Source of the DNA: a virus
Virus record (IMG/VR): IMGVR_UViG_3300042883_000668
Span: 1 to 64,000 of that record
DNA length: 64,000 nt
Strand: one strand, 5' to 3'
In this document: positions 9,207-19,845 of the stretch, piece after piece
Layout of the letters: every line of letters starts with the position of its first letter
Numbering within the stretch: the first letter of the stretch is position 1
Made by a program: the position numbers and the translations under genes
The notes under the pieces: model-generated
What the model saw: the letters and a program-made list of their open reading frames with translations, nothing else
Database searches by the model: none
What the model was told of the DNA's origin: nothing

Positions 9207-10463
9207 CTAGACTGCAAAAGTTAATACTGGAGCAGCAGGAGTAGTTGCTAACCAAGCATTTAAGTTAGTTAACAATGCAGCACCTTCTGTTGAACCTGCA
9301 GAGATAGCTGTATAAGCTGCACCTGCATTAATAGCTGGAGTTGCAATATACACTGATTTACGAGCTACAGAGATTAAATCTGCACCTGAAGTAAATGAGT
9401 TGTCAGTAAATTCTACTATTAACAAGTTATAAAAATATTTAAGTTTAACTGCTGATAAAGCTGCAATAGCAGGAACTACAGTAGTTAACACTGCAACAGT
9501 TGCACTGATAAAATATTTTACTTCATACATGTTACCATTTAATTCTACTAATTCACCTGGACGGATAATAGCTGCTACTGTTGCTGAGAAAGTTACAGTA
9601 TCTTCACCTACTACACCTGTTACTGTTGGTACAATAGCCGCAGTTAAATAACCTGTATTAGCTACATTAAAACTAACTTGTTGTGCTGGCCATAATCTAC
9701 GATTAGATAAACCTTCATATTGATAATCAAAGTTTTCTTTATTGTAAATATAGTTATAAGTTCCTTCTCCTGGATTGTTTGCAGAAATTTGAGTACAAGC
9801 TGTACTAGATCCAAATCCTGTAGAATCATCTACTTGAACTGAAAAATATACACGGTTTTCTTTGTAAGTTGAACTACGGAATTGATTAATATCTAATGCT
9901 GTAATTTCAACACCCCAAGCAGTAGCTGCAGTTAAACCATAGATACCTGTACCATTACCAACTACAATTGCTTTTACTAATGTTTTAAAACCACCATTAT
10001 TAATTACTGCTGCAACTTGAGTAGCAATAGATAATTGAGTAGCTGTAGCAGAAGAAGTAAAGTTAATTCTTAACATTTCTGGTCTTTCAGAATATAAAGA
10101 TTTATCATTCTTAAAAAGAATACTTGCTGTATAATCAGAAGCATTGTTTACTTCAATAGAACCTGCTGCTGATTGACGGTTATAACCAATAGCCCATACT
10201 TCACGAGTAGCTGGAGAATAACGCTTACCACGAGCACCAACAACTGAAGCTCCATCAATTAACATTGATTTTTTAAATGAACCATCAGCAAATGTTTCAG
10301 ATACTTGAATTTTTTGTGTAGCAGAACTAGCTACATAAGCTGTAGTTAATGCTGTGTTTCCCATAGTAAATAGACCTAATTTACCAGGAGTTAATGTATT
10401 AACGTCAGCTTCTAATGCTGAACCATTACCTACAAAAGTGTTTGTTACTTTATGAATTGACAT
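9207..10463 (-). CDS. crAss-like conserved structural protein (auxiliary capsid/tail)
   Basis: 418 aa, A/T-rich, codon bias of a highly expressed gene; conserved position downstream of MCP and ring gene. Confidence 0.55.
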   Translation of the reverse strand: MSIHKVTNTFVGNGSALEADVNTLTPGKLGLFTMGNTALTTAYVASSATQKIQVSETFADGSFKKSMLIDGASVVGARGKRYSPATREVWAIGYNRQSAAGSIEVNNASDYTASILFKNDKSLYSERPEMLRINFTSSATATQLSIATQVAAVINNGGFKTLVKAIVVGNGTGIYGLTAATAWGVEITALDINQFRSSTYKENRVYFSVQVDDSTGFGSSTACTQISANNPGEGTYNYIYNKENFDYQYEGLSNRRLWPAQQVSFNVANTGYLTAAIVPTVTGVVGEDTVTFSATVAAIIRPGELVELNGNMYEVKYFISATVAVLTTVVPAIAALSAVKLKYFYNLLIVEFTDNSFTSGADLISVARKSVYIATPAINAGAAYTAISAGSTEGAALLTNLNAWLATTPAAPVLTFAV

Positions 10464-10508
10464 TGTTTTTAATTTTTAAATTTTATTTATTGAGATATTT
10501 GTTTTTAA

Positions 10509-10928
10509 TTAGTTGATTACATTAAAATGTATTTTAACTACATCATTTAATGCTGCACCAGTACTAGCATTTAATAATCTTACATTAAAAGATCCTGCTG
10601 CTACTGCTTCTATTAAACATACAGGAAAACCTGTTTTACCAGTAGCATATTCTACAGTTGCTTGAACAATAGATGATGTTGTTACTTTAGAGTTAGTTAC
10701 TACAAAAGGTCCTGCTACAGTACTTGCTGCTGTAGTTAAACTTACAGTTGTAATTACACCTTTAGTTGCATTAGCTGTAACTCCAGTAGTAATACTTGTT
10801 CCTTGTGTTACTGCTACTTGTGTACCATTAACGTAGTTAATTATTTCATCAACTTTAGCTGATAAAATTTTAACATTTGGGATAAATGAACCTAAGAAAT
10901 ACTTAGGTGATATTGTTGAAATTGCCAT
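10509..10928 (-). CDS. Putative head fibre/decoration protein
   Basis: 139 aa, T/V/A-rich, VTQGTSITTGVT..ATKGVIT motif. Confidence 0.5.
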   Translation of the reverse strand: MAISTISPKYFLGSFIPNVKILSAKVDEIINYVNGTQVAVTQGTSITTGVTANATKGVITTVSLTTAASTVAGPFVVTNSKVTTSSIVQATVEYATGKTGFPVCLIEAVAAGSFNVRLLNASTGAALNDVVKIHFNVIN

Positions 10929-10947
10929 TTTAATTTTAATTTATTTA

Positions 10948-11625
10948 TTATTCGTTAGTATTATTAATCAAAGGATTAAATGTTTGAGATCTTTTACTTT
11001 CTATACTTTCTAATGCTATACCTACTGCTATATCAACTAATTCATTATGAACATGTTCTGATAATTCACAAGTAGTATTTGTTGTTAAATCAATTTTAAC
11101 AGGTTGTCTTAAGTATCTAAATTGATAATCTACTATTGTACAACTTGATAATAATTCAACTTTACCATCAATTGTTAACCTAAGTACTTTATAAGAATTA
11201 GGTTTTTTAAATGGATCTCTTAAAGTCTTAGATGCTTCAGCATGTGTTATTGGAATTACTTCAACTCTTTGAGTTGTTGGTGTTCCACAATTAGTACATG
11301 TTATTCCTGCTCTTTCTTGTATAGTAAACCAGTGATCTGTTGGTAACAATACAAACCTTGCAGTTGCATCTATGTTATCTACTGAATAAGGTTGAGGTGT
11401 TAATATTGCATTAGTTGTAATATTCTTTAAGTCCTCAGTACGCTTTTCAGTTTCTTCAAAAGATTGTCTTTTATTATTATTAAGACCATACCTCTGTTTA
11501 ATTAATCTGTCTTGAGCATTATTTAAAATTAAATCTACTTCTTCAGGTAAGAAGTTAGGATAGTTTAAAGTATCTAACTTATCACATCTAAATTTAAATT
11601 CTAAGTGTAATTCTGCTGCAGTCAT
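10948..11625 (-). CDS. crAss-like ring (head-tail adaptor) protein
   Basis: FLPEEVDLILNNAQ...FEETEKRTEDL...YLRQP...CELSEHVHNELVDIAV pattern recognised from crAss ring proteins. Confidence 0.75.
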   Translation of the reverse strand: MTAAELHLEFKFRCDKLDTLNYPNFLPEEVDLILNNAQDRLIKQRYGLNNNKRQSFEETEKRTEDLKNITTNAILTPQPYSVDNIDATARFVLLPTDHWFTIQERAGITCTNCGTPTTQRVEVIPITHAEASKTLRDPFKKPNSYKVLRLTIDGKVELLSSCTIVDYQFRYLRQPVKIDLTTNTTCELSEHVHNELVDIAVGIALESIESKRSQTFNPLINNTNE

Positions 11626-12422
11626 TAATCAGTTTTGGTTTTCTTAGGTTTTAACTTACTTTCTAATGCTAATTTAACAGCTTGGTTTTTTAAATCTGAT
11701 AAGTAACTTACAACTTCATCAGTTGAACTACCTAGTAAATCTTCACCATTATAGAAGTAAGTACCCTTCTTTTTAATAATATCTTTTTCAGTTAAAGCTT
11801 TTACTAATGCTCTTGTAGGAGTATCTTTAGCTTTAACTATTCTAATAAACTCTTTAAAATCTTCTTTAAGTTTTTTAAATAGTTCAGTTTTAACCATGGT
11901 TTCAGACATATTATCTACACCTGTTTTACCATAAACTCTTAACAGACCTCTTCTTTCTTCTACCGTTGTACTATGAAAAGCTTCCATAGCTGCAAACTCG
12001 AATTCCATTTTAGCATCTTCAATTTTACTTGCTGCCTCTGGATCATATATATAAAATTTAGCTGTTGAATTACCAACCACATCATGTTCAGTATTTGCAA
12101 TCCAATCATGTTGTTGTAACATTCTAAATTTTATTTCATCATAAGCATTTACTATATTAAATATAGTTAACTTATCATTTCTTAACCTTACTTCCATATC
12201 TCCCCAAAATTCTGCATTACGCCTACTTAAGGTTCCTTTTGCTAAGTTTAACTCTTTTTCAAAATGTGCTTCATCTTCATTAGATAATCCAGTTTTATAC
12301 AATCCTGTATTACTTAGTTGAGCACCCATTATTACAGTAAGAGTTTTATTGTAATAAGATTGACCTGAAAATTTGTTACGTATGATAGGTCTAATAACAT
12401 ACTGTCTGTTAATTACTTCCAT
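11625..12422 (-). CDS. crAss-like conserved protein downstream of MCP
   Basis: 265 aa; conserved position; C-terminal LGSSTDEVVSYL motif. Confidence 0.6.
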   Translation of the reverse strand: MEVINRQYVIRPIIRNKFSGQSYYNKTLTVIMGAQLSNTGLYKTGLSNEDEAHFEKELNLAKGTLSRRNAEFWGDMEVRLRNDKLTIFNIVNAYDEIKFRMLQQHDWIANTEHDVVGNSTAKFYIYDPEAASKIEDAKMEFEFAAMEAFHSTTVEERRGLLRVYGKTGVDNMSETMVKTELFKKLKEDFKEFIRIVKAKDTPTRALVKALTEKDIIKKKGTYFYNGEDLLGSSTDEVVSYLSDLKNQAVKLALESKLKPKKTKTD

Positions 12423-12451
12423 TGTTTTTAATAATTTGCCTTTATTAGTTT

Positions 12452-12485
12452 AAAAAAAAGGAGTGTTTGGGTAGAGTACACTCCT
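12452..12485 (-). terminator. Rho-independent terminator after MCP
   Basis: Minus strand AGGAGTGT-loop-ACACTCCT followed by T-run. Confidence 0.75.
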
Positions 12486-12503
12486 AAGAAACTCTATATT
12501 GGA

Positions 12504-13955
12504 CTAGCTAATGCTAGATGCATCTAAAATTAATTGAGCAGCATCTGATGGATCACGTAACATGATACCACATTCTGTCATTGCTTCAAATGTGTAACCA
12601 TCTACTGAACTTGCAGATGAACCATTTTTCTTAGGTCCATAAGGGCCATACATTCCTTCAATGTAAGTTGTTACCATCTCACGATCTTTAGAATATACTT
12701 TTTGGATATTTGGTTCTCCTTTGTTATAAGATTTAAAGTTTAAGAAAGTCGCTTTATAAGACTCTGCTGGCTTACCAGTTTGAGGGTGTAATAAACGATT
12801 TCTCATTGTATCATTATAAGGCTTATACTCTTTCAATGTAATTTTATCTCCATTCAAACCTGTATAAGTCATAAACTGACCATGTAATTCTAAGTTTTGT
12901 CCTTCACCTGCAATGAATTTACTATCAACTAAGTTGAAAGCAGATGCTGAACGCTTCATAGCTTGATCAAATAAGTTCATGAATTCACGACCACATAAAG
13001 CCACATATTCACGAGGACCATCTTCAGTACCATTGTATGCTAAATCTCCCATGAAATCACGGATAGTTTTTTCATTCAATGTAGTATAAAGACGTTTGTT
13101 ACCTGGAGCAATTTGACCTTCTAAACCAGCACCAGAATAAATTGTATTTCCTGAAGCACCTTTTAAGTCAGTTGTACCATTAGATTTAATGTTAGATTCA
13201 CCAAACATTAACATGATTTCAATTTCATCCATGAATTGCTTCCAAAATTCCCACTCAGCATATTTTACCCAAGTGTTAGTTTTTTCATTAGTTTCAGGAT
13301 TTAACATAGAGATAACCATAACACGGCTGTGAGCAGCACCAGTTACAGAATATTTCTTACGTAATGTAGTCATAAAGTTTTCTAACATCATTGGTGTAGC
13401 ATAGTGAGTTTCACCTGATGTACGAGAATGATCATGTTCTACAATGTTGTATTCTTTAGATACCTCTTTACCAACTACTAATAAAGTTGAAGGTACAGAT
13501 TTAGTGATATCTGCAGTAACTAATTGACATACTAAGATGTAATCAGCACCATCATAAATTGGTTCAGAAATTACACGAGCTTTATAATCTGGACTGTCAA
13601 ATAATAAAACGTCACCTTCTGTAAACCATTTTTCACCAACACCAATTTTAAAAGATGTAGCGTTAATACCTACTAAAGTTGCAGCATCAAATACTGAACG
13701 AGTAATAGAGATTGCTTTACGAGAGTCACCAATGATATTCCAACGGTATTGGATACCATCAATTTCTTTAGCTTTACCCATTCCACCTGTTAAGAAAGAA
13801 AGAGCATTTTTATAACCATTTTGTTTGTTATAAATACGAGTAATAACTTGGCTAGCAATAGCTGGCTCAGTTAAAAAGAATGTGGACAAATGAGAGTCTT
13901 GAGTAAGACCAGCATGCCAATTCATGTTTGTTATTTGTAATGGACTAATTTGCAT
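12504..13955 (-). CDS. Major capsid protein (crAss-like)
   Basis: 483 aa; strong codon bias; SGAGLEGQI and SSASSVDGY motifs; portal-scaffold-MCP order; followed by terminator. Confidence 0.85.
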   Translation of the reverse strand: MQISPLQITNMNWHAGLTQDSHLSTFFLTEPAIASQVITRIYNKQNGYKNALSFLTGGMGKAKEIDGIQYRWNIIGDSRKAISITRSVFDAATLVGINATSFKIGVGEKWFTEGDVLLFDSPDYKARVISEPIYDGADYILVCQLVTADITKSVPSTLLVVGKEVSKEYNIVEHDHSRTSGETHYATPMMLENFMTTLRKKYSVTGAAHSRVMVISMLNPETNEKTNTWVKYAEWEFWKQFMDEIEIMLMFGESNIKSNGTTDLKGASGNTIYSGAGLEGQIAPGNKRLYTTLNEKTIRDFMGDLAYNGTEDGPREYVALCGREFMNLFDQAMKRSASAFNLVDSKFIAGEGQNLELHGQFMTYTGLNGDKITLKEYKPYNDTMRNRLLHPQTGKPAESYKATFLNFKSYNKGEPNIQKVYSKDREMVTTYIEGMYGPYGPKKNGSSASSVDGYTFEAMTECGIMLRDPSDAAQLILDASSIS

Positions 13956-13992
13956 TTTGTTTTTGTTATATTAAATTAATAATTGTTCTTTT

Positions 13993-15108
13993 TTATAATA
14001 AACCTTTATCTAAGGCTTGTCTAAAGGCACTAAAGTTGCCTGAAGATTTTTCAGATCCAAATCCATCAGATTGACCTGATTTTAATTTAGACCTTCCATC
14101 TTTAAAGTTAGATAACTTACTTGCTAACTCAGAGTTAACTTTGGTCTTAACTTGTCTTTCTAATTTACTTAAGTCCCAATCATTCATTGCTAAATAAGCA
14201 TACATGAATTGAGCATTAGTATTAGTTTCATTATGCTTTTGTAATCCTGTTTTACCAGTCTTATCAGGTTTCATAATAAAGTCCCAAAGATTGTCTTTCA
14301 TTTTAGGAGTTAATTTAAACCCTTGAATTTCTTCTTTAGCATACAAGTCAGCTTTGAAATCTTCATATTGTTTCTTAGCTACAGCCTTTTGTTCAGCTTC
14401 ATACTTTTTTTGAGATTCTACCAATTGATCTTGGTAGCTTTTCTCATAGTTTTGTAATTTACCTAAAGCACTCTTAGCTTTCTTTTCTAAAATACCAGAA
14501 ACTTCATATGTATCTAAAGTTTCTTCTATTTCTTCCATATCTTCTCCTTGTGCCTTTAAGTATTCTCTTAATACAATTTTTTGAGTAGTGTCAGTGTCTA
14601 TTTCAAAATCACTCCAAGTTACTTCATTGTAATATGCATTAATAAAATCTTTAGGATTACCTCCTGCTTCAACAAATTCTACTAACTTGTGAACATCATC
14701 TGGTAAACTATTTTTGTAGTTTTCCACTTCTCGTTCAACAGTAGAACTCATTAGTTTTTTTAAACCATCTTCAGAATCTTCAAAAGTTTCTTCATCATAG
14801 TCTACTAAACCTTTATCTCCTAACCAACTTGCAAATACTTTGAGAGAAGAACCCTCTTCAGTAGTTTCTTGTTTAGATTCAACCTTAGCAACTTCTTTAG
14901 TTTCTTTGGTTTCTTCTTTAGGTAGATCTTTAACAACTTCTTTAGTTTCATCAACTTGAGGTGTTACATCTTCTAGTTCTGGAACTAGTGGTTGTGCTAC
15001 TGAATTGTTTTCTTGAAAATCACTAGAGAACTCATCATTAAACTGCATTTCTAGACCTTCACCAAATGGTGTGTCAAGAATATTAAATTCTTTTTTTTCC
15101 TTACTCAT
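13993..15108 (-). CDS. Putative capsid scaffolding protein
   Basis: Acidic N-terminus, coiled coil, immediately upstream of MCP. Confidence 0.65.
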   Translation of the reverse strand: MSKEKKEFNILDTPFGEGLEMQFNDEFSSDFQENNSVAQPLVPELEDVTPQVDETKEVVKDLPKEETKETKEVAKVESKQETTEEGSSLKVFASWLGDKGLVDYDEETFEDSEDGLKKLMSSTVEREVENYKNSLPDDVHKLVEFVEAGGNPKDFINAYYNEVTWSDFEIDTDTTQKIVLREYLKAQGEDMEEIEETLDTYEVSGILEKKAKSALGKLQNYEKSYQDQLVESQKKYEAEQKAVAKKQYEDFKADLYAKEEIQGFKLTPKMKDNLWDFIMKPDKTGKTGLQKHNETNTNAQFMYAYLAMNDWDLSKLERQVKTKVNSELASKLSNFKDGRSKLKSGQSDGFGSEKSSGNFSAFRQALDKGLL

Positions 15109-15134
15109 TTTTTTGCCTTATTAGTAATATACTA

Positions 15135-15166
15135 TAAATATAACTGTTTTGGTTATTGTTTGCAAA
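15135..15166 (-). promoter_or_regulatory. Bacteroidota-type promoter for scaffold/MCP operon
   Basis: TTTG-N20-TATATTTA. Confidence 0.65.
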
Positions 15167-15217
15167 TACAAAAAGTTACATAACCAGATAACTTTTGATA
15201 GCTTTAATGTTATTTTA

Positions 15218-16015
15218 TTACTTACCTGTTTTTTGAAAATAGTTTAAAATATTATTTTGATACTCAGTAGATTGATTAGAAGGTAGTGTTGAAAATTGTC
15301 CATTTTTATACAACTGATTAAATGCAGGTGAATTAGAATGACCTGTTGAAGAATTAAAAATTTCAAATCCACCACCAGGAAGTTGTTTTGTATAACTATA
15401 CAAAGTATCATTTGTACCATTAGGATAATGTTCAATTTGCATTCCTCTGTTTAAAAATGATTGTCCATTGTACAATGTATTATCATTTCTTACAGTTGTA
15501 GATAATAAATTATTATTTGCACCTTTTTTACCACCATCGTCAAATCTTTGAATTCCTCCGTATTTATACTCTTCATAATTTCTCATCATTGGAGCAACTT
15601 CTTTATAATGTTCTGCAAAATATTCAGCATCTTCAGCTCTTGAAAATTTAAAATCTTCAGAACTAGGAGTTTTACCATCAACAAGTTTTAAATTCTTATC
15701 ACCTTTATCTTGCAATAAAGGGACAGCATATTCATCCATTGAAGTCATATAATGAGTACCTGTACCTTTAGGAGTCATACCAGTTTTAGGATTAGGACTA
15801 ACCATTCTTAATGCAGCAGGATTTCCATAATGAGCTTCAGTAGCTATTTTAGATTTCATCATTCCTGTCATTCCATCAGACTTACCTCCATCTTTAAATT
15901 TTTGATAACTAGTGTTATAATCATTTACCATATCACGATAAGACATGTCAGGGTTAGCCTTTCTGTAAGACTTCATCAAATCCATTCTTTCTTTTATTGG
16001 TAACTTATTATACAT
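15218..16015 (-). CDS. Hypothetical, probable virion cargo-type protein with repeated (F/Y)xxGG motifs
   Basis: KFKDGG, EYKYGG, RFDDGG separate sequence blocks. Confidence 0.5.
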   Translation of the reverse strand: MYNKLPIKERMDLMKSYRKANPDMSYRDMVNDYNTSYQKFKDGGKSDGMTGMMKSKIATEAHYGNPAALRMVSPNPKTGMTPKGTGTHYMTSMDEYAVPLLQDKGDKNLKLVDGKTPSSEDFKFSRAEDAEYFAEHYKEVAPMMRNYEEYKYGGIQRFDDGGKKGANNNLLSTTVRNDNTLYNGQSFLNRGMQIEHYPNGTNDTLYSYTKQLPGGGFEIFNSSTGHSNSPAFNQLYKNGQFSTLPSNQSTEYQNNILNYFQKTGK

Positions 16016-16214
16016 TTTTATTTATATTAAAAGTATTGTTTTTACATAATCTAACATCATTACTATTGTAATGTTTTATCATACCATTTTCTTCAAGTGC
16101 TACAACAAATATTGTATTTTCATGTGGACCATAATCCATTATAAATAATACTTGACCATCTCCATGTGGAGTTATTACCCAAAGTATTTGTTTTACTTCA
16201 TGAATTAATGACAT
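16008..16214 (-). CDS. Hypothetical protein
   Basis: 68 aa, coupled to neighbours. Confidence 0.55.
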   Translation of the reverse strand: MSLIHEVKQILWVITPHGDGQVLFIMDYGPHENTIFVVALEENGMIKHYNSNDVRLCKNNTFNINKNV

Positions 16215-16217
16215 CTA

Positions 16218-16745
16218 TTATCCTTTTAATTCATGATCAAATAATCTCATTGCAATCTTATCTTCACCAAATGCTTCTAATTGATCAACTAAGTTTTGTA
16301 CTTTACCTAATTCTTCTTGTTGTTCAGTTAAGAATTTCATAGCTAACTGATATAACAAATGATTGCCATACTTCATAGCATGTGATGCTAACTCATTACA
16401 TTGTTGTGTAACCATTATCTCATGTGCATATGATTGTTTAATAACATCAGGTAAACCTGTAAATGTTTGAGGTGGTTCTTTTAATGCTGGAGTCTTAGGT
16501 GTAATACCCATATCTAATAAGAAAGACTTAGCCCAACCTGCGTGAACCATTTCTCCTTCTGCATCTTTTTCCCAAACTGCTGCTGCACCTAAATACCCAT
16601 GGTCATTTAACCACATTGACATTGCAGTGTAAAATCTAGAAGAATATTCTTCTTGTTCAATTCTAAAGTTTAATATGTCAATACATTCCTTACTTACAAA
16701 AGGATTTGTTTTTGCTGCTGGAGGTGTTAATTTTAAACTACTCAT
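16218..16745 (-). CDS. ftnA: Ferritin (non-haem, FtnA-like)
   Basis: EQEEYSSRFY, EGEMVHA, HEIMVT, FLTEQQEE ferroxidase-centre residues; 175 aa. Confidence 0.85.
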   Translation of the reverse strand: MSSLKLTPPAAKTNPFVSKECIDILNFRIEQEEYSSRFYTAMSMWLNDHGYLGAAAVWEKDAEGEMVHAGWAKSFLLDMGITPKTPALKEPPQTFTGLPDVIKQSYAHEIMVTQQCNELASHAMKYGNHLLYQLAMKFLTEQQEELGKVQNLVDQLEAFGEDKIAMRLFDHELKG

Positions 16746-17287
16746 TATTTTTTAGGTGTTTTAGGTTTATTTGGATTTTTTTGAGGTCCTCTAATACCTC
16801 TCATTTTTTGTTTTGTTTCTTCACTCATTTTTGTTCCAAGCATTCTTTTTCTACATGCTTCTTTATAATCTTTTCCAAATTTTATTCCTTTTGTTGCTTG
16901 ATTACCTTTATTTGCTAATCCTATTTTTCTTTTATGTTCTTCTGAACAAGGTTTTTTAATTTTACCTTTATTTCCAATAGATATTTTATTTTTATGTTCT
17001 TCAGATAATTTATAAGCAATTCTACCACCTCCACCTGGAGCAAGATTATAACCTATATTAGAATGTGTTGAATTATATAATTGAATATAATGTATTTCTA
17101 ATTCATCTGTTAGTTTTATATTAAAATTTCCTTCTGTAATTATTTCAAATTTAAAATTTTCTTTACCGTATTTTTTAACAGCTCTTTTAAAATATTTTCC
17201 ACCACCAATATAAGATTTAGATTTACCATTAAATTGCCCTATATAAATTTTATTATTTATAAGATTTGTAGTTTTATAAATTATCAT
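16745..17287 (-). CDS. GIY-YIG homing endonuclease with NUMOD3 repeats
   Basis: IIYKTTNLINNKIYIGQ, GYNL, SEEHKNKIS/SEEHKRKIG/SEETKQKM repeats. Confidence 0.9.
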   Translation of the reverse strand: MIIYKTTNLINNKIYIGQFNGKSKSYIGGGKYFKRAVKKYGKENFKFEIITEGNFNIKLTDELEIHYIQLYNSTHSNIGYNLAPGGGGRIAYKLSEEHKNKISIGNKGKIKKPCSEEHKRKIGLANKGNQATKGIKFGKDYKEACRKRMLGTKMSEETKQKMRGIRGPQKNPNKPKTPKK

Positions 17288-19845
17288 TTTTTAGGTTTAT
17301 TTTTAATTTTTAGTCGTTCAATTTCAAGTTTATTTTTCATTTCTTTTTCTTTAAGTTCAGCTTGACGCTTTTGAATAAGTTCTTGAGATTTGTTTTGCGT
17401 ACGAATAGCTTCAATTTTTTTATTTTCAAGCTCATTTTTGAGCTTCATTTCTTTATCTTTCAATGCAATTTGAGCTTCATGTTTAGATTTATCATTACCA
17501 ATCTTAGATTGTTCTAAGAACATTCTAGATGACATCTCCTGTTGTTTTATTGCATTAGCTGCAATCTCTGAAGGATCTGGTATACCATTATCATTAAGGT
17601 CAATATCTTGTTGTTTATTATATACAGCAATCTCAGCAACTTGTATTCTAGTTTCATTGTTTTGTTCAGCAATATATCTTTCTTGATCAAGTTTAAGATG
17701 TTCAAATTCAACTTGTTCAGCATGCATTTGTTGTTGCATTTGCTCAACCTGCATTTGATGTTCTTGTTGAGATTTTTGAGATTCAGCTTGACGTTTATAA
17801 AATTCTTCTTCTTTACGTTGTAATAATCTAACTATATCTCTAGGTGAATCATTCATCAATGTTTCAACTATTGCAGATAAATCTACTTTTTCAGATTGTA
17901 AAGCTACCTGAACTAATTGATCTAACTTAGCTTTTAATTCAAGATCTTTAGTATTGTTAGTTACAAATACACTAAATTCTGAATTTTCAAATTCATTTTC
18001 ATCTAGTCTTAATAACTCAATTGCCATATCATCTAAAACATACTGAGCAACTAATCCTTTTTTATAAGCAATCTTAGCTACTTCAATAACTGCAGTATAT
18101 GCTCTACGTTTAACTTCAGTATGAGCTTCATACAAATATTCAGTAATTAAAGAAGATTGATTAACAGATCTTTCTACATTACCAACTAATTCAGAGTTAT
18201 TAATAGCACCTAATCTTTGTGGAGTAACTCCAGATACAAATGCTACTTGTGCTTTGATATAATCTAGCATGTTAATATACTGCTGGATAGATTGACTAAG
18301 ACTTAAGTCTATTGCTTGGAACTGATTAAACTTATTAGCTAATTGTCCAGTAGCAGCACCTTTTTTTCCTTCTTCAAAACTATTAATAAAAGCAATATTC
18401 ATTTCTTTTAAATAGTATAACCATCTATCCATGTCAATACCATGACTTGCAGGTATTTGAGCTAAGTCCATTATAAACTTCTTACCTTGATCAGAAGCAA
18501 ATGCTATCTCTAATCTGTAAGATATAATATCATATAAATATTGATAAGGTTTTAACCTGTCAATTAAACTAACTGATTGAGAGTTAGTTGCTTCATATAT
18601 AAATCCTGTATAACCTAATCTACAGAAATAAGGATTATCTAATCTACGTCTTTGATTAGGTTTAGGTTTAATATCTGTAAAAATATCTAATCCTATTTTA
18701 ACACCTTCCCAAGCTTCATTAATCCAATACCATTCTACTTTAGCATCTGGAAAAGCTTCTTTAAATACTCTTGTACTAAATAACTCATCAACTATTTCTG
18801 ATTGTAGAGTTCCATCTTCATCAGTCCAAGTTAATTCACCAATCTTTTTCATTGATTTCCATTCAACTCTTGTAACTCTAATAGAATAGTTATTACTATT
18901 ATTTCCATTATAAGCATTAGTAGGAGTAATTCCTGCAAAAGCATTCTGTCCATTAACTACATCAAATTGAGGTTCAAATCCACCTGCAGTATTAAAAGAA
19001 CCAAAGGTTCCTCTTGTATAATTTTCTAATTTGTCAACATCATCTTTAGAAAGAATATCACCATATTCATCTAATATAGTATTGATAGCTAACATTCTTT
19101 CTTCAACTACTGCAATAGCATCATCAATAAAAGTTGTGTCACCATCTAAGATAACTGTTAAGTTAACAGGGTTAACTCTACGCATAGCTACTTCAGCATT
19201 CTCAATACCTACCCAATAAACTTCTTCTCCTGCAATTAATGCATCTTTCCAACCTTGAGAAAATAACAATCTTGTATTAAGTCTTTTCTTTAATACTTTA
19301 AGTATTTTGTTAGCTTTAGATTCAATTATATCTGAAGGAGTATGTTTTTCATGTTTAAGTATTTCTTCAGGTGGTGGCGGGGGATTTTCTGGATCAGCAT
19401 TAGGATCTATTTGATAAGCCAAACCTTCTTGTAAAGCTTGAAATATTTTTTGCTTAACTCCTGCTGTTTTACGATTAATATCTTCTGGAGATTCAGATAC
19501 TACAATATGATTATCTGGTCTTTTAGTTTCTTCACCTATTAATAATCTAATTGGTTCTGACACTATATCATAATGTTGAAACCTAGCAGAGAATGTACTA
19601 GAAGTATTAACTCCTAATGGATCACATATAGTTTCAATATCTTTATGGTTTACTTTACCATTGTATAAATCATAGTTAATTAACTTTCTAAATCTATCAG
19701 ATCTTAAGTTACTACCATTGGTATATCTATAGTTTGAATAATAATTAATACAAGACTTACCCCATTCTTTGTCTTTACTAGACATAGGTAATTTTTGTTG
19801 AGGTAAATTCTGACCACCTAGATTGGCATATATATCTTGACTCAT
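17284..19845 (-). CDS. Portal protein (crAss-like)
   Basis: 853 aa; LPQQKLP, WINEAWEG, SLIDRLKPYQYLY, GVTPQRLG; follows TerL. Confidence 0.9.
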   Translation of the reverse strand: MSQDIYANLGGQNLPQQKLPMSSKDKEWGKSCINYYSNYRYTNGSNLRSDRFRKLINYDLYNGKVNHKDIETICDPLGVNTSSTFSARFQHYDIVSEPIRLLIGEETKRPDNHIVVSESPEDINRKTAGVKQKIFQALQEGLAYQIDPNADPENPPPPPEEILKHEKHTPSDIIESKANKILKVLKKRLNTRLLFSQGWKDALIAGEEVYWVGIENAEVAMRRVNPVNLTVILDGDTTFIDDAIAVVEERMLAINTILDEYGDILSKDDVDKLENYTRGTFGSFNTAGGFEPQFDVVNGQNAFAGITPTNAYNGNNSNNYSIRVTRVEWKSMKKIGELTWTDEDGTLQSEIVDELFSTRVFKEAFPDAKVEWYWINEAWEGVKIGLDIFTDIKPKPNQRRRLDNPYFCRLGYTGFIYEATNSQSVSLIDRLKPYQYLYDIISYRLEIAFASDQGKKFIMDLAQIPASHGIDMDRWLYYLKEMNIAFINSFEEGKKGAATGQLANKFNQFQAIDLSLSQSIQQYINMLDYIKAQVAFVSGVTPQRLGAINNSELVGNVERSVNQSSLITEYLYEAHTEVKRRAYTAVIEVAKIAYKKGLVAQYVLDDMAIELLRLDENEFENSEFSVFVTNNTKDLELKAKLDQLVQVALQSEKVDLSAIVETLMNDSPRDIVRLLQRKEEEFYKRQAESQKSQQEHQMQVEQMQQQMHAEQVEFEHLKLDQERYIAEQNNETRIQVAEIAVYNKQQDIDLNDNGIPDPSEIAANAIKQQEMSSRMFLEQSKIGNDKSKHEAQIALKDKEMKLKNELENKKIEAIRTQNKSQELIQKRQAELKEKEMKNKLEIERLKIKNKPKK

